From positions 1 through 31,710 of IMG/VR virus record IMGVR_UViG_3300044820_000072: a DNA stretch of 31,710 bases; one strand, written 5' to 3'. The notes under the pieces are model-generated. The model was not told the origin of the DNA. It searched no databases and saw only the letters and a program-made list of their open reading frames with translations. Positions within the stretch are counted from its first letter, which is position 1. The number at the start of each line of letters is the position of its first letter. Origin of the DNA: a virus (taxonomy: Duplodnaviria; Caudoviricetes). This document shows positions 16,206 to 25,945 of the stretch, in pieces. Made by a program: the position numbers and the translations under genes.

Positions 16206-16688
16206 TTGGCATTCGGGGCACCAGCGGCAGGCCCGAGTCTCGCGGGTTCGGCAGCACCAGGCGGCGGCCAGCAGGCAATGTCTCCGGCGGACGCATCGGC
16301 CCTCATGGCCAACCTCAAAGGGGCGGCCGTCCCTCCGAATCCGCTAACGCCCGACGTTCGCAAGGACCCGCGCGCGGAATACCTCGAGGCGCTGGCGCGC
16401 ACGCGCAAGTCGCTCGAGGGGCTTCTCGACGTCACGGACGATCCGGAGCAGAAGGCGCTGTTCGGCGCGATGCACTTCGCGACCATGAAGCTCCTCTCCG
16501 GGATCGACACGCAGACCGTCGCTCAGATGCTCTCTCAGTCGATTTCTCCTCCGCCTCCGCCCGTCCCAGGCGGGGGGCTCGGCATGCCGCCGGGTCCGAT
16601 GGCACCTCCGCCGCCTCCCCCGCTCGCGCCTGCGCCGTTCGGCGCTCCGATGGGGATGCCCGGTATGCCTAACGTGGGACCTCTGTAG
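16206..16688 (+). CDS. Pro/Gly-rich hypothetical head-region protein
   Basis: AGGAGG RBS with TTG start; helical core and poly-Pro tail. Confidence 0.75.
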   Translation: MAFGAPAAGPSLAGSAAPGGGQQAMSPADASALMANLKGAAVPPNPLTPDVRKDPRAEYLEALARTRKSLEGLLDVTDDPEQKALFGAMHFATMKLLSGIDTQTVAQMLSQSISPPPPPVPGGGLGMPPGPMAPPPPPPLAPAPFGAPMGMPGMPNVGPL

Positions 16689-16700
16689 GAGCATCTGACG

Positions 16701-17438
16701 ATGAGCGAACTCGACCCGAACACCGTCCCCGAACAGCAAGGCGCTCCGGCGGCTGACCCGAGAGACGCCGAACTTGCGGAGCTCCGCACGTTTCGCGAGC
16801 AGGCGAACGCAGCTTTCGGGCAGCTTCGGGAATATCAGCCGGTCGTCGAGCGCCTGCTCTCCGACCAGGACTACGCACGTCGCGCGCGGGTTCTCATTGA
16901 GAACGAAACCGCGTCGCAGATCCTCGACGAAGGGCTCGCCGCCTACGAGCGCGCGACCGCTTCCCGCCAGCCGAAGCTCCCGCCCGAGTGGGATCCGGAG
17001 CACAATCCGCTGCTCAAGGAGATGGGCGACGTCGCCAGCTACGTCAAGTCGCTCAAGGAGCGCGAGGCGAAGCAGGCCGAGTTTGCCGCTTCCGAGGCGA
17101 ACCAGCAAATCGTTCGCGAGGCGACCTCCGTAGCCGAAGGGCTCATCGAGCAGTTCCCGCACCTCGCCGAGAACGACCACGCCGGCATCCGAGCGATCGC
17201 GTCGTTTGCCGTGCAGAACAATGTCCCGTTCAAGGATGCTGCGGACCGGCTCATGCCGGTGTTCCGCGGTGCCCCAGCGCGGGCGGCAGCCCCACCCCGT
17301 TCACTACGCAGCGAAACCGGAGCGCCCGGAGTTCCCGGCCGAAGCACGTCACCTGCGAGCGACGACTCTTCTAACGAAGCCATCCGTAAACGCGCAATTC
17401 AGATCGCCGCGAGCAATTTGCGCGGCAGATCGGCATAA
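16701..17438 (+). CDS. Capsid scaffolding protein
   Basis: AGGAG RBS; helical, charged, directly upstream of the capsid gene. Confidence 0.7.
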   Translation: MSELDPNTVPEQQGAPAADPRDAELAELRTFREQANAAFGQLREYQPVVERLLSDQDYARRARVLIENETASQILDEGLAAYERATASRQPKLPPEWDPEHNPLLKEMGDVASYVKSLKEREAKQAEFAASEANQQIVREATSVAEGLIEQFPHLAENDHAGIRAIASFAVQNNVPFKDAADRLMPVFRGAPARAAAPPRSLRSETGAPGVPGRSTSPASDDSSNEAIRKRAIQIAASNLRGRSA

Positions 17439-17451
17439 ATAGGAGAACGCC

Positions 17452-18480
17452 TTGGCTCAACTCGCTTCGGTCTACAACGCCCTCAACACCTACCAAGCGC
17501 TCACTCGTGAAGGCTTGGTGACGAAGAACGTCATCGACACGGTGTTCACGGCGAATCGTCTTTGGCAGTACGCCCGACAGAAGGGCATTTACGACGATCA
17601 GAAGGGCGCAGCCGCGCTGACCTGGCCGCTCAACTTCGGCAAGTCGCCGAACACCACGACCTTCGACGGCGACGATGCTCTGCCGATCGCGAGCATGACC
17701 GACAACGTGCGGCGTGCGTCGCTGAATTGGAAGCGGTACACGGACGCCGTGGCGGTTCCCGTGACGGACGTGGCGGACAACGACGGCTCACCGGAAGCGA
17801 TCGCGAACCTGCTCGACGTGCAGCTCGACGTCACGAAGGCGTCGCTCATCGACAAGATCAGCTTCGATTGGCTCTCGAACACTCCGGCGCTCAACCCGAA
17901 GGGGTTGGACGGGCTGTTCACCGGGATCGACGACGGCACCATCTCGCCGAATTACGCTGGCTTCTCGCGCGCGCAGCTCGGCTACAAGTGGAAGGGCAAC
18001 GTCAACTACTCGATCCCGAGCGGCACGACCGCGAACTTCCTTGCGAACATGCATACGGCCGACCTTCAGGCGTCGGTCGACGGCCAGCGCCCGGACACCT
18101 ACGCGACGAACGCCGCCGGTTTCGGGAACCTCATCCAATCGCTGTGGCCGCGTGACCTCTACCAGCAGCCGGAACTCGCTCGCACGGCGGGCGGCAACGA
18201 CCTCATCTTCAACGGAAATCCGTTGCTGTTGGACAACCACATCCCGAGCGGCGTTCCGACCCCCGGCACCCCGCCTTCCGGCACGAACTCCGGCGGCTAC
18301 ATCGTCGGGATCAATAGCTCGTTCCTGAAGATCATCGTCAACCCGAACTTCAACTTCGCCCTGCTCGATTGGGCGCTCGGTCAGAATCAGCTCGTGCTGT
18401 TCACGCGCATTCTGTGGTTTGCGAACGTCGTGGTCCTCAAGCCCTCCGCTCATTGGCTCATCTGGTGCCAGGGCATCTAA
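17452..18480 (+). CDS. Major capsid protein (resembles BPP-1 Bbp17 type)
   Basis: 342 aa; GAAALTWPL..., FDGDDAL, ASLNWKRY, IANLLD and GLDGL pattern; AGGAG RBS with TTG start. Confidence 0.85.
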   Translation: MAQLASVYNALNTYQALTREGLVTKNVIDTVFTANRLWQYARQKGIYDDQKGAAALTWPLNFGKSPNTTTFDGDDALPIASMTDNVRRASLNWKRYTDAVAVPVTDVADNDGSPEAIANLLDVQLDVTKASLIDKISFDWLSNTPALNPKGLDGLFTGIDDGTISPNYAGFSRAQLGYKWKGNVNYSIPSGTTANFLANMHTADLQASVDGQRPDTYATNAAGFGNLIQSLWPRDLYQQPELARTAGGNDLIFNGNPLLLDNHIPSGVPTPGTPPSGTNSGGYIVGINSSFLKIIVNPNFNFALLDWALGQNQLVLFTRILWFANVVVLKPSAHWLIWCQGI

Positions 18481-18494
18481 GGAAGGAAACCTAG

Positions 18495-18695
18495 ATGGCA
18501 GACAAGCCTTTCACCCGCCAAAAGAGCGGGCTCATCACGAGTCCGAGCGGGCTGTCGAACAACATCACCGGGACGCCTCCGAAGCCGGGGCTCCGCGGCA
18601 AGCCCGATGCCTCCGGCTCGGGTCAAATCCCCCAAGAGAACAGCGCGGGCTCGTCCGGCGTGTTCGATAAGTTCGTCAAGAGCAACGGGAGCTAA
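18495..18695 (+). CDS. Small Gly/Ser/Pro-rich virion-region protein
   Basis: AAGGA RBS; fills the gap after the capsid gene. Confidence 0.65.
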   Translation: MADKPFTRQKSGLITSPSGLSNNITGTPPKPGLRGKPDASGSGQIPQENSAGSSGVFDKFVKSNGS

Positions 18696-18698
18696 AGC

Positions 18699-19895
18699 AT
18701 GTTCACGAAGGGTCCAGGCGTTGTCGTCGATGGTCCGAACGCGGCCGGCGACTTCCTCGATAGCGAGGCAATCTTCCAACTCGCAGGCGGTGGGATTCCG
18801 GGCTTCGGCCCGCTTCCCAACGGCCTTCCGGTGGTCCGCGACATCACGAAGCTCGTCAACGTGTCGACGAACAACGCGAAGCCGACCATCCCGATCAACC
18901 AGGGTTCGCCTGGTCCCTTCCCCGTGGGCGCTCCCGACCAAGTGCTGCTTTCGACGGCCGCGGTCATCGGCGATATCTACGGCGTCATCCAGGGTCCCGA
19001 CCCGAATGCTGCTTCGCAGTACGGGCAGACCCCGACCGCGTACAACCCGGTCGGCTCCGTCGCCTCACCGATCAAGGTCATCACGCGGCGTCTCGGCGTT
19101 GGCTGGGTGCTCGTCGGCGTCCGCAACGGCGGCACGGCGGTCACGGTCAACGCAGCGCTCAATCTCGGCACGACCGACTATTGGGGCGTCGTCGGCTCTC
19201 GCGCCATCGGCACGAGCATCGGCAAGGTCATCGCGTACCCGGTCGACACGAAGCTGACGGCCGCCGTCTCGGCTGGCTCGAACGCGGTCACGGTCGCCTC
19301 GAGCGTCGGGATCAACACCTCCTGCCCGGTCACGGTCGGCTCGGGCGTCACGCAAGAGACAGTCACGCCTTCGGCGGTCGTCCAGGGCGTCTGCGCGACG
19401 CAGACCGTCACGATCGCAGGCACGGCAGCGGCCGGAACGACGATCGTGGTTACGGTCGGCGGCGGCGCAAGCTCCGTCCCGGCGGTTTCCGTCACGTACC
19501 TCACGGTGTCGGCAGACACGACCGCAACGATCATCGCCGGTAAAGTCGTCGCTCTGCTCAACGCCTCGCTCGCAACGACCGGCCTTGCGCCGTTCTTGCA
19601 AGTCGTGACGAACTCCGCGGGCGTTATCACGCTTGCGGCGCAGTACCCCGGCACGGCGTACAACACCATCCCGACCACGACGAGCGCAACCGGCGGCACC
19701 GTCACCTCGACGGCCGGCGGCGCGACGCTCTTGGGCGGCACGAACGACAGCTTCACGGCCACGTTCGCTTACGGGCACTCCTCGGGTGAACCCGTCCAGG
19801 GTCTTACGACCACGGGCTCGATCATCGCGGTTCCCGCAGCGGCCGGTTGGGCGCGCGTCGCGGCGGTCCTTGCCGACCTGAACTCCCTAGGATAA
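18699..19895 (+). CDS. Putative capsid decoration/cement protein
   Basis: Thr/Ala/Gly/Val-rich beta protein two genes after the capsid gene. Confidence 0.6.
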   Translation: MFTKGPGVVVDGPNAAGDFLDSEAIFQLAGGGIPGFGPLPNGLPVVRDITKLVNVSTNNAKPTIPINQGSPGPFPVGAPDQVLLSTAAVIGDIYGVIQGPDPNAASQYGQTPTAYNPVGSVASPIKVITRRLGVGWVLVGVRNGGTAVTVNAALNLGTTDYWGVVGSRAIGTSIGKVIAYPVDTKLTAAVSAGSNAVTVASSVGINTSCPVTVGSGVTQETVTPSAVVQGVCATQTVTIAGTAAAGTTIVVTVGGGASSVPAVSVTYLTVSADTTATIIAGKVVALLNASLATTGLAPFLQVVTNSAGVITLAAQYPGTAYNTIPTTTSATGGTVTSTAGGATLLGGTNDSFTATFAYGHSSGEPVQGLTTTGSIIAVPAAAGWARVAAVLADLNSLG

Positions 19896-19901
19896 GGAGA
19901 G

Positions 19902-20630
19902 ATGATGCTGACGAGTGAGACGGTCCTGGTGACTTTGGAGAAACCGTGGAAGCTGGACAAAACCGGGGCCGAGGTTCCGGTCGAGTTGGTCTACGGTCAT
20001 CGCGACGCGCGGCTCGTGCGCGGACTTGTCGCCGCAGGCTTATTGCAGGCGGGCGAATACGTCGACACGGGCTCGCACCAGGACCTCGATCCAAGAGTTA
20101 TGCCGCAGATCGTCCCGGGGAAGCCGATCACGACGGTTCTGCGGTGTGACAAGCCTAACGCTGCGTCGGCGATCGTCAGCGTCGACGCAGCGCGGCTATG
20201 GTTTGGCGACGAGCGCATCTCGCTTTCGGCGGCTCAGGGCACGCCCAACGGCGAGACGTGGCGCTTCGAGCGCGAGCGGGTTGCCTCGCGCTACGGTTAT
20301 TGGAAGCTCCCGCAGCGGGCGCTCAACGGCGGCCCGAACTGCCGCAAGGGCGAGAACGATTTCGACCTGACGAAGATCGGTCCGCCGGACGTTCCTCACG
20401 TTCGGGTCGAGTCGATCGACCAGGCTGGGCGCGTCATCGGCGAGGCGTTCCGTCCCTGGGACTATTGGAAGTGGGAGCAGGACGTCGACAAGACGCATCC
20501 CGAGTATGGTTCGCTCGGCGCGACGCCGCGCGCTCTCGGCATCGGGGATCTCGCGTCGTTCTCGATCGACGACCTGGAAGCGTTCGTTGCGGCGCAGCGT
20601 GCAAAGCAGAAGAAGGTGGCAAGTGGCTAA
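19902..20630 (+). CDS. Hypothetical protein
   Basis: AAGGAG RBS; in-operon ORF. Confidence 0.75.
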   Translation: MMLTSETVLVTLEKPWKLDKTGAEVPVELVYGHRDARLVRGLVAAGLLQAGEYVDTGSHQDLDPRVMPQIVPGKPITTVLRCDKPNAASAIVSVDAARLWFGDERISLSAAQGTPNGETWRFERERVASRYGYWKLPQRALNGGPNCRKGENDFDLTKIGPPDVPHVRVESIDQAGRVIGEAFRPWDYWKWEQDVDKTHPEYGSLGATPRALGIGDLASFSIDDLEAFVAAQRAKQKKVASG

Positions 20631-20841
20631 CAAACCGACCCCCTCAAAGGGGAAGGGTCAGCTCGTGGGCTCGAACCTGTCTCCGGTCGCGCAAGGCCCC
20701 GGGTTCAGGCACCTGCGGACGGCGCTCGACGAGAACTTCGCGGACGGCAACCGTCCGAGCGCGACGGCCACGACCGGACGAGCGAAGAAGCCTTCGACTA
20801 AGACGAAGCTGAAGCCGTTCCCGCCAGCGAAACGGAAGTAG
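20623..20841 (+). CDS. Small basic protein (MANKPTPSKGKG...)
   Basis: GAAGG RBS and GTG start overlapping upstream gene; Lys/Pro-rich. Confidence 0.6.
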   Translation: MANKPTPSKGKGQLVGSNLSPVAQGPGFRHLRTALDENFADGNRPSATATTGRAKKPSTKTKLKPFPPAKRK

Positions 20842-20844
20842 CCC

Positions 20845-21342
20845 ATGCCTTTGCCTTTGGCGCAGGTAGGGATCACCACGCAATCTGCGGTCGTTCCGAC
20901 AGCCGCGCAGATTACGACCGTCACCTCGGCGTACCCGACCGTGGCGGTCATCGGCGGGAAGCTCACGTTTCCAAGCGCCCTTCGTTCCCCGATGCAGACC
21001 GGCATGCTCAATGACATTCGGCTGGCGATCAAGTCGGTACAGACGGCACCGTTGGAGGTGTGGCTGTTTGCTGCTCCTCCGGCCTCGACGTTCGCCGATA
21101 ACGCCAGCCCCGTAACCGGCGGCAACACGGCGGACCTTGCGATCCTCGTCGATCGGTGTCCGCTTGCGGTCGACGCATCGAACCTATTCACGGCGATGAC
21201 GCTCTACCGCTTAAGTGGAAATCCGCGCGTCGTGTGGTCGCAGTCGACGAACCTGTACGGCATCCTCGTCTGCACGGCAGCGATCACGTTTACGACCGCG
21301 ACCGATATCGCCCAGCTTTCACTCGGCATCTTGCAGGACTAG
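20845..21342 (+). CDS. Hypothetical virion structural protein
   Basis: Beta-rich ORF tightly packed in the structural operon. Confidence 0.7.
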   Translation: MPLPLAQVGITTQSAVVPTAAQITTVTSAYPTVAVIGGKLTFPSALRSPMQTGMLNDIRLAIKSVQTAPLEVWLFAAPPASTFADNASPVTGGNTADLAILVDRCPLAVDASNLFTAMTLYRLSGNPRVVWSQSTNLYGILVCTAAITFTTATDIAQLSLGILQD

Positions 21343-21374
21343 CGGAGAACCGTTTTTCAGGACTAGGAGGAGTC

Positions 21375-22151
21375 GTGGCCCTACAGGATATGGAGAACGA
21401 TCTCCTCTTAACCCTTCAGGCACCAGGCGCGAACCCCGGCGGCGAGCCGACGTGGGCGACGCTCACGAATCCGCAGCTCGCCAAGGCCCAGGTCGATTTC
21501 TATATCAACCAGGGCTACAAGCGCGTGGCGCAGGACCTCCGCGACTACGACCTCATGGACGTGTCCGCGTCGATCACCGTCCCGGTCAGCACGACGAGCA
21601 TCCCCCTTCCGCAGCGGCCGGCATCTCCGTTCGTCGGCCCGACCGTCGCGCAGATCCGCCGCGTCACCTACGCCCCGTATGGGCTGCTCTACACCGAGGA
21701 GTACGTCCCCGGGCAGAAGCTCGTCTCGTTCCCGGAGTTCATGCGCGCGTGCGGGAACGGGCTGTGGCTCACGCGCACGAGCGCGATCAAGCCTTCGGTC
21801 ATCGCCGTGTCGAACGAGCGCGACGCGCTGCTGCTGTTCCCGATGACGGTGCAGGACGGCGACGTGCTCACGCTCTATTGGGCTCCGATCCCGACCGACG
21901 GCGACCTGCTCTGCCCGACGCTCGTGAACCCGCTCGACGTTCCGCTCATCCAGGATATCGAGGAGGCGATCGTCCAATGGGCGCTCTCGAAGCTGTGGAT
22001 GCGCGAGCGGCAAGCGAAGGCCGCGGCGGACGCGAAGCAAGCCTACGCCATCGAGATCGGCCGGCTGCGGGCGAACGCGCTGCGCCGTAGCGCGGGCGAC
22101 ACCCTCACGCTCCGCCAGCGTCCGGCGTTCGTTCCGGGCCTGCGTATCTAA
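21375..22151 (+). CDS. Head-tail adaptor (tail tubular A/P22 gp4-like position)
   Basis: AGGAGG RBS with GTG; FYINQGYKRV, LLFP, LTLYW and EEAIVQWAL adaptor-like pattern. Confidence 0.7.
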   Translation: MALQDMENDLLLTLQAPGANPGGEPTWATLTNPQLAKAQVDFYINQGYKRVAQDLRDYDLMDVSASITVPVSTTSIPLPQRPASPFVGPTVAQIRRVTYAPYGLLYTEEYVPGQKLVSFPEFMRACGNGLWLTRTSAIKPSVIAVSNERDALLLFPMTVQDGDVLTLYWAPIPTDGDLLCPTLVNPLDVPLIQDIEEAIVQWALSKLWMRERQAKAAADAKQAYAIEIGRLRANALRRSAGDTLTLRQRPAFVPGLRI

Positions 22152-23896
22152 TGGCCGGATTAGTCCCAGGATACGGGAACAGCCTCTACGGCAACAGCGA
22201 CCCGTCTCCACCTACATGGATTTCGTACCGCGATCTTTCTGGTGGTTTGAACACGAAGAAAGACCCGCACGCGCTCTCGCGCAACCAGCTTGCCGTCAGC
22301 GTCAACGGATGGTACGGCACGGGCAACGCCTTCTCGAAGCGCCCGGGGAACGCCCAGCTCGGCACGGTTCCGCTTGCGACAGGCTCCGGATACGGCGCGC
22401 AGTCGATGACGAGCGGGCGGTTCGCGAACGTGACGTGGCTGCTCGTGCAATCGGCTGGCACGGTCTACGCCTGCGCGGTGAACGGCTCGTCCTGGACGTC
22501 GATCGGTTCGGTCGCCGCGGGCGGCGTCCTGCGGTCGGCGCAACTGTTCGACCCGTCGACGTCGCTCGATACGATGTTCTGCGTCGATGGCAAGGTGTCT
22601 CCGCGCGGGTACACGGGCGGCGGCAGCTTCACGACGCTCACGGTCGGAAACCTGCCGAAGAACCACAGCGGCGCAGCCCCGATCACGCCCAAGTTCGTCA
22701 GCACCCTGTTCTCGCATCTGTTCTACGCCGGCGAGCCGACAGAGCCGAGCGCGGTCTATATCAGCGACGCCTTCAAGCCGCAGAGCTTCACGCAGAACGC
22801 GATTATCAACCCCGGCGGAATCGACACGGGCGGCACGTACATCCCCTACTTCGTCGGACGCAACGACGGCATCTCCGGTGGCGATATCACCGGGCTCTCG
22901 CCGATCGGCGGCGTCGGTGCCATGATCGTCTACAAGCAGGCGGCGATCTACCGCGGCACCCAGATCGGACTTCAGGGCGACTCGGTGTGGCAATGGGTCC
23001 TGGTGTCCGCGAGCGTCGGAATGGTCGCGCCGCAGTCGCTCGTCGCGTTCGACACGTTCCATTGCTTCCTCGGTCTGGATGGCGTCTACGTCTGCGACGG
23101 CTCGAGCGTCACGCGTATCTCCGACAACGTTCCGACCTTCTTCGACTCGACGCTCACGGGGACGAACGCCTCGATCCTCGACCGGACGACGGCGGTCGGC
23201 GTGCGCGACGGGCAGCGATATCTGCTATTCTTCGACGACGGCGGCGGCGCGAGCACAGCGGCGGGGCATCCCACGACCGGGGTCTGGTTCGACTTCGCGC
23301 ATCTCGACGAGGACGGCAAGCCGACGTGCGGCGTCATCTCCGGGATGGTCGTGGGCGGAGCGGTCGCCCTGCGCGGCCCGAGCGACAGCGGAGATTTCGC
23401 CTGGGCGGATGCCGTGGTCGATAACGTCGGGCAGTTCGGGGTCGGTTACTCGGACTACGGCGCGGATATCACGACCTCGTTCGCCGGCAAGGCGGACTCG
23501 TTCGACGACATTTTCGGGCAAGACGCGATCATCTGCGCGAAGCATCTCCACCAGGCGCAGCTCGTCATCTCGCTCCCGCAGTCGCAGCCCGGAGAGATCC
23601 TGCGGTTCATGGGGATGTTCACGTTCGATTACCTGTCTCGGCAGCAATCGTTCGGTCAGACGTTGCAGGTCATGGCCTCGAGCGGCGCGATCGTCGGCTC
23701 GTCGACGGTCGGAACGGCAATCGTAGGGGATGCCGCGGGTCAGGTGAAAGCACAACCCGTCCGACTCGACGCTCAGAACGGAGGCGACGGGCACTTCATC
23801 CAAGCGACGTTCACAGAGACGTCATCTTTTCCGTGGACGACTTTGGGCTACGTTCTGCGCGTGAACAAGCGCGACCAGGGAGGACTCGACCAATGA
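22151..23896 (+). CDS. Tail nozzle/stabilisation protein (tail tubular B/P22 gp10-like position)
   Basis: DLSGGLNT...SKRPG N-terminus; propeller-like ITGL, VGMVAPQS and FLGLDGVY segments. Confidence 0.75.
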   Translation: MAGLVPGYGNSLYGNSDPSPPTWISYRDLSGGLNTKKDPHALSRNQLAVSVNGWYGTGNAFSKRPGNAQLGTVPLATGSGYGAQSMTSGRFANVTWLLVQSAGTVYACAVNGSSWTSIGSVAAGGVLRSAQLFDPSTSLDTMFCVDGKVSPRGYTGGGSFTTLTVGNLPKNHSGAAPITPKFVSTLFSHLFYAGEPTEPSAVYISDAFKPQSFTQNAIINPGGIDTGGTYIPYFVGRNDGISGGDITGLSPIGGVGAMIVYKQAAIYRGTQIGLQGDSVWQWVLVSASVGMVAPQSLVAFDTFHCFLGLDGVYVCDGSSVTRISDNVPTFFDSTLTGTNASILDRTTAVGVRDGQRYLLFFDDGGGASTAAGHPTTGVWFDFAHLDEDGKPTCGVISGMVVGGAVALRGPSDSGDFAWADAVVDNVGQFGVGYSDYGADITTSFAGKADSFDDIFGQDAIICAKHLHQAQLVISLPQSQPGEILRFMGMFTFDYLSRQQSFGQTLQVMASSGAIVGSSTVGTAIVGDAAGQVKAQPVRLDAQNGGDGHFIQATFTETSSFPWTTLGYVLRVNKRDQGGLDQ

Positions 23897-24717
23897 AGCG
23901 GTTTCTCGTAGCGGCGCTCGCGGCGTGCGCGTTGTGGCTTGGCAGCGAGCGGTCCCCTGTGGTTGCAGGCTACGCTTGCCCGCAGGCGCATACGTTCGTC
24001 ACGGGCGAGACGTTGAGCGCGTCGGTTCTCAACGCGAACCCCGCGACGTTCGCAAACTGCTTCGCGAATATCGCGCTCCCGGCGTCCTCGATCTCCGCTT
24101 CTTCTGCCTCGCTCGGCACGTTCCCCGGCTCGTTCCCGTACACGTTCAACTCGCCGCTCATCGTTTCTCCGCCGGGGGTTTCCCTGCCGACGCTCATTCA
24201 GGGTGACGCGGCGTTCATTCGGTCGGGCTCGGCGAACGGCAAGATTTGGATTGGCTCGGGGTCGCTCGACAGCGGGATCTCGAACGCGAACACGATCACG
24301 AGCTCGCAGGCGTTCTGGTCGCAGCAGCAGCTTTCTTCGAGCGGCGCGGTGGTCGCGGGATGCTGTTCCGCTCCTCCGCCGTTCTACGCTGGCGACCTCG
24401 TTGGTTCGCGCGCGAGTTCTCAGGGCGCGGTCATCCTCGGCGGGGCAACCAACTCGGCGATGATCGACTACGGCGTAACGACCCCAGGGGTAGTTACGGT
24501 TTCGGCTCCTATGGCGGCCTCGGGAATTATTGGGGGCAATATTTCCGCGAGCGGACTCAACATCGGGACGGCGCATTGGTACGTCGTAACGGGCGGCCCG
24601 TATCCCCCGTGCAACGCCTACAGCATCGGGTCCTTAATGACCGACAAGATCGGAACGATCGGCTCGACGCTTTACGTGTGCGGCCCTACCGGATGGCATG
24701 GAGTCCCCGGAGTCTAG
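23893..24717 (+). CDS. Tail-fibre-like protein with apparent signal peptide
   Basis: MKRFLVAALAACALWLG leader; FVTGETLSASVLNAN; C-terminal GSL...GSTLYV...TGW motif. Confidence 0.6.
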   Translation: MKRFLVAALAACALWLGSERSPVVAGYACPQAHTFVTGETLSASVLNANPATFANCFANIALPASSISASSASLGTFPGSFPYTFNSPLIVSPPGVSLPTLIQGDAAFIRSGSANGKIWIGSGSLDSGISNANTITSSQAFWSQQQLSSSGAVVAGCCSAPPPFYAGDLVGSRASSQGAVILGGATNSAMIDYGVTTPGVVTVSAPMAASGIIGGNISASGLNIGTAHWYVVTGGPYPPCNAYSIGSLMTDKIGTIGSTLYVCGPTGWHGVPGV

Positions 24718-24719
24718 CC

Positions 24720-25157
24720 ATGCCGATCGACTTCTCTGCTCTGCTCGCCAAGTCACAGTCCCCGGTCGATTACTCGACGCGGAACATGGTCACGCCCGAG
24801 AACGCGACCGCCAACCTTCAGGCGAAGATGCCGCAGCAAGGAAAGGGACCGGACCCGGCGCTCATCCGAGCGATCATGTACGGACTGCAACTGCACGACT
24901 CGATCAACAGCGCGAAGTTCTTCAAGGAACAGCCGGGGAATCACGAGATGGACCCGATCATGAAGCCGTTCTCGCACGGCGGGGCCGTGACGATGGCGGC
25001 CGGGTTCGCGCTTCAGGACCTCATCCGAACGGCGCTCCTGCGCGCGAGCGGCATCCCGAACGCTCCGGCGGTCGGCGATATGGCACAGGCGTTCGCGAAC
25101 GTCGACGGCATCCAGACCACCAACGCCGCGCGCCGAGCGCAGCAGCAGCAGCAATGA
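24720..25157 (+). CDS. Hypothetical protein
   Basis: GGAG RBS; MPIDFSALL start; coupled to next ORF. Confidence 0.7.
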   Translation: MPIDFSALLAKSQSPVDYSTRNMVTPENATANLQAKMPQQGKGPDPALIRAIMYGLQLHDSINSAKFFKEQPGNHEMDPIMKPFSHGGAVTMAAGFALQDLIRTALLRASGIPNAPAVGDMAQAFANVDGIQTTNAARRAQQQQQ

Positions 25158-25429
25158 TGCCCGTTCCGTATGAGGATATCCCGTTCACCCGGAGCATCAT
25201 CCGCCACGGTCTGCGCTGCGGTCGCGGGCAGTACCTCATCGCGACGATCGGCACGGGCGACACGACGCTCACGCACTCGCTCGGGCACATCCCGACGCAG
25301 TATTGGCCGGTCCGCAACCCCGGGGGCGGGGTCGTTTACGACGGGACGAACGGCGGGACGGATTGGACCGCGAGCGTCATCGTCCTGCGGGCGACGGTCG
25401 CGGGCACCTATACCATCGTGGTATTCTGA
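25154..25429 (+). CDS. Small beta-rich tail-associated protein
   Basis: THSLGHIP (H-x-LG-x-x-P) motif seen in small tail-tip domains; ATGA overlap. Confidence 0.6.
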   Translation: MMPVPYEDIPFTRSIIRHGLRCGRGQYLIATIGTGDTTLTHSLGHIPTQYWPVRNPGGGVVYDGTNGGTDWTASVIVLRATVAGTYTIVVF

Positions 25430-25447
25430 AGCAAGGAGAGTAGGCGA

Positions 25448-25945
25448 GTGGCATTTCTACCGATATTGGGGGCGCTAGCGCCGGTTGTCGCCGGGGCCTT
25501 GGGTCTTGCTGGGTCGAACGCTCAGAACAAGGCCGCGCAGAAGAACGCCGACAACCAGAACGCCGCTGCCCAAGCGCAGATGCAGGCGAACCGGACGCAG
25601 GCGCTTCAGGCGCTTCAGGATTGGTACAAGTCCAACCCGAACCCGGCCACGTCGATGTCGCTCAACGCGCCGACCTTCTCGCATCCGATGACCACGGGCG
25701 GCGGAACGCTCGGTCCGAACGGGATGCCCGTCGCAGGCTCGATGCCCGCCTCGTCGCTCTCAGCCCCGGCGCAGGCGCAGCCGCAACAGCAGGGATTCAA
25801 CCCGCAGCTCATGGCGCAACTCATGGCCGCGCTTCAGCAGAAGGCGACGGCGCAGCCTGCGGCCGCTCCCGCGCAGCCAGCCGCTAATCCGCAGCAGCAG
25901 CAGCAATACAGCCCATATTCCGGCATGGAATACGGTCAACGATAA
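25448..25945 (+). CDS. Putative DNA ejection (pilot) protein 1
   Basis: Gly/Ala hydrophobic N-terminus followed by Q/A/N-rich helix. Confidence 0.65.
   Translation: MAFLPILGALAPVVAGALGLAGSNAQNKAAQKNADNQNAAAQAQMQANRTQALQALQDWYKSNPNPATSMSLNAPTFSHPMTTGGGTLGPNGMPVAGSMPASSLSAPAQAQPQQQGFNPQLMAQLMAALQQKATAQPAAAPAQPAANPQQQQQYSPYSGMEYGQR

Noticed and set aside
21156-21374. Upstream extension of the adaptor ORF, likewise track starts at 1193, 1677, 5233, 15533, 20506, 23833, 24246, 24698, 30824 and 31048
   Set aside because: Extensions overlap upstream genes; downstream starts with an RBS or stop-start coupling fit better.
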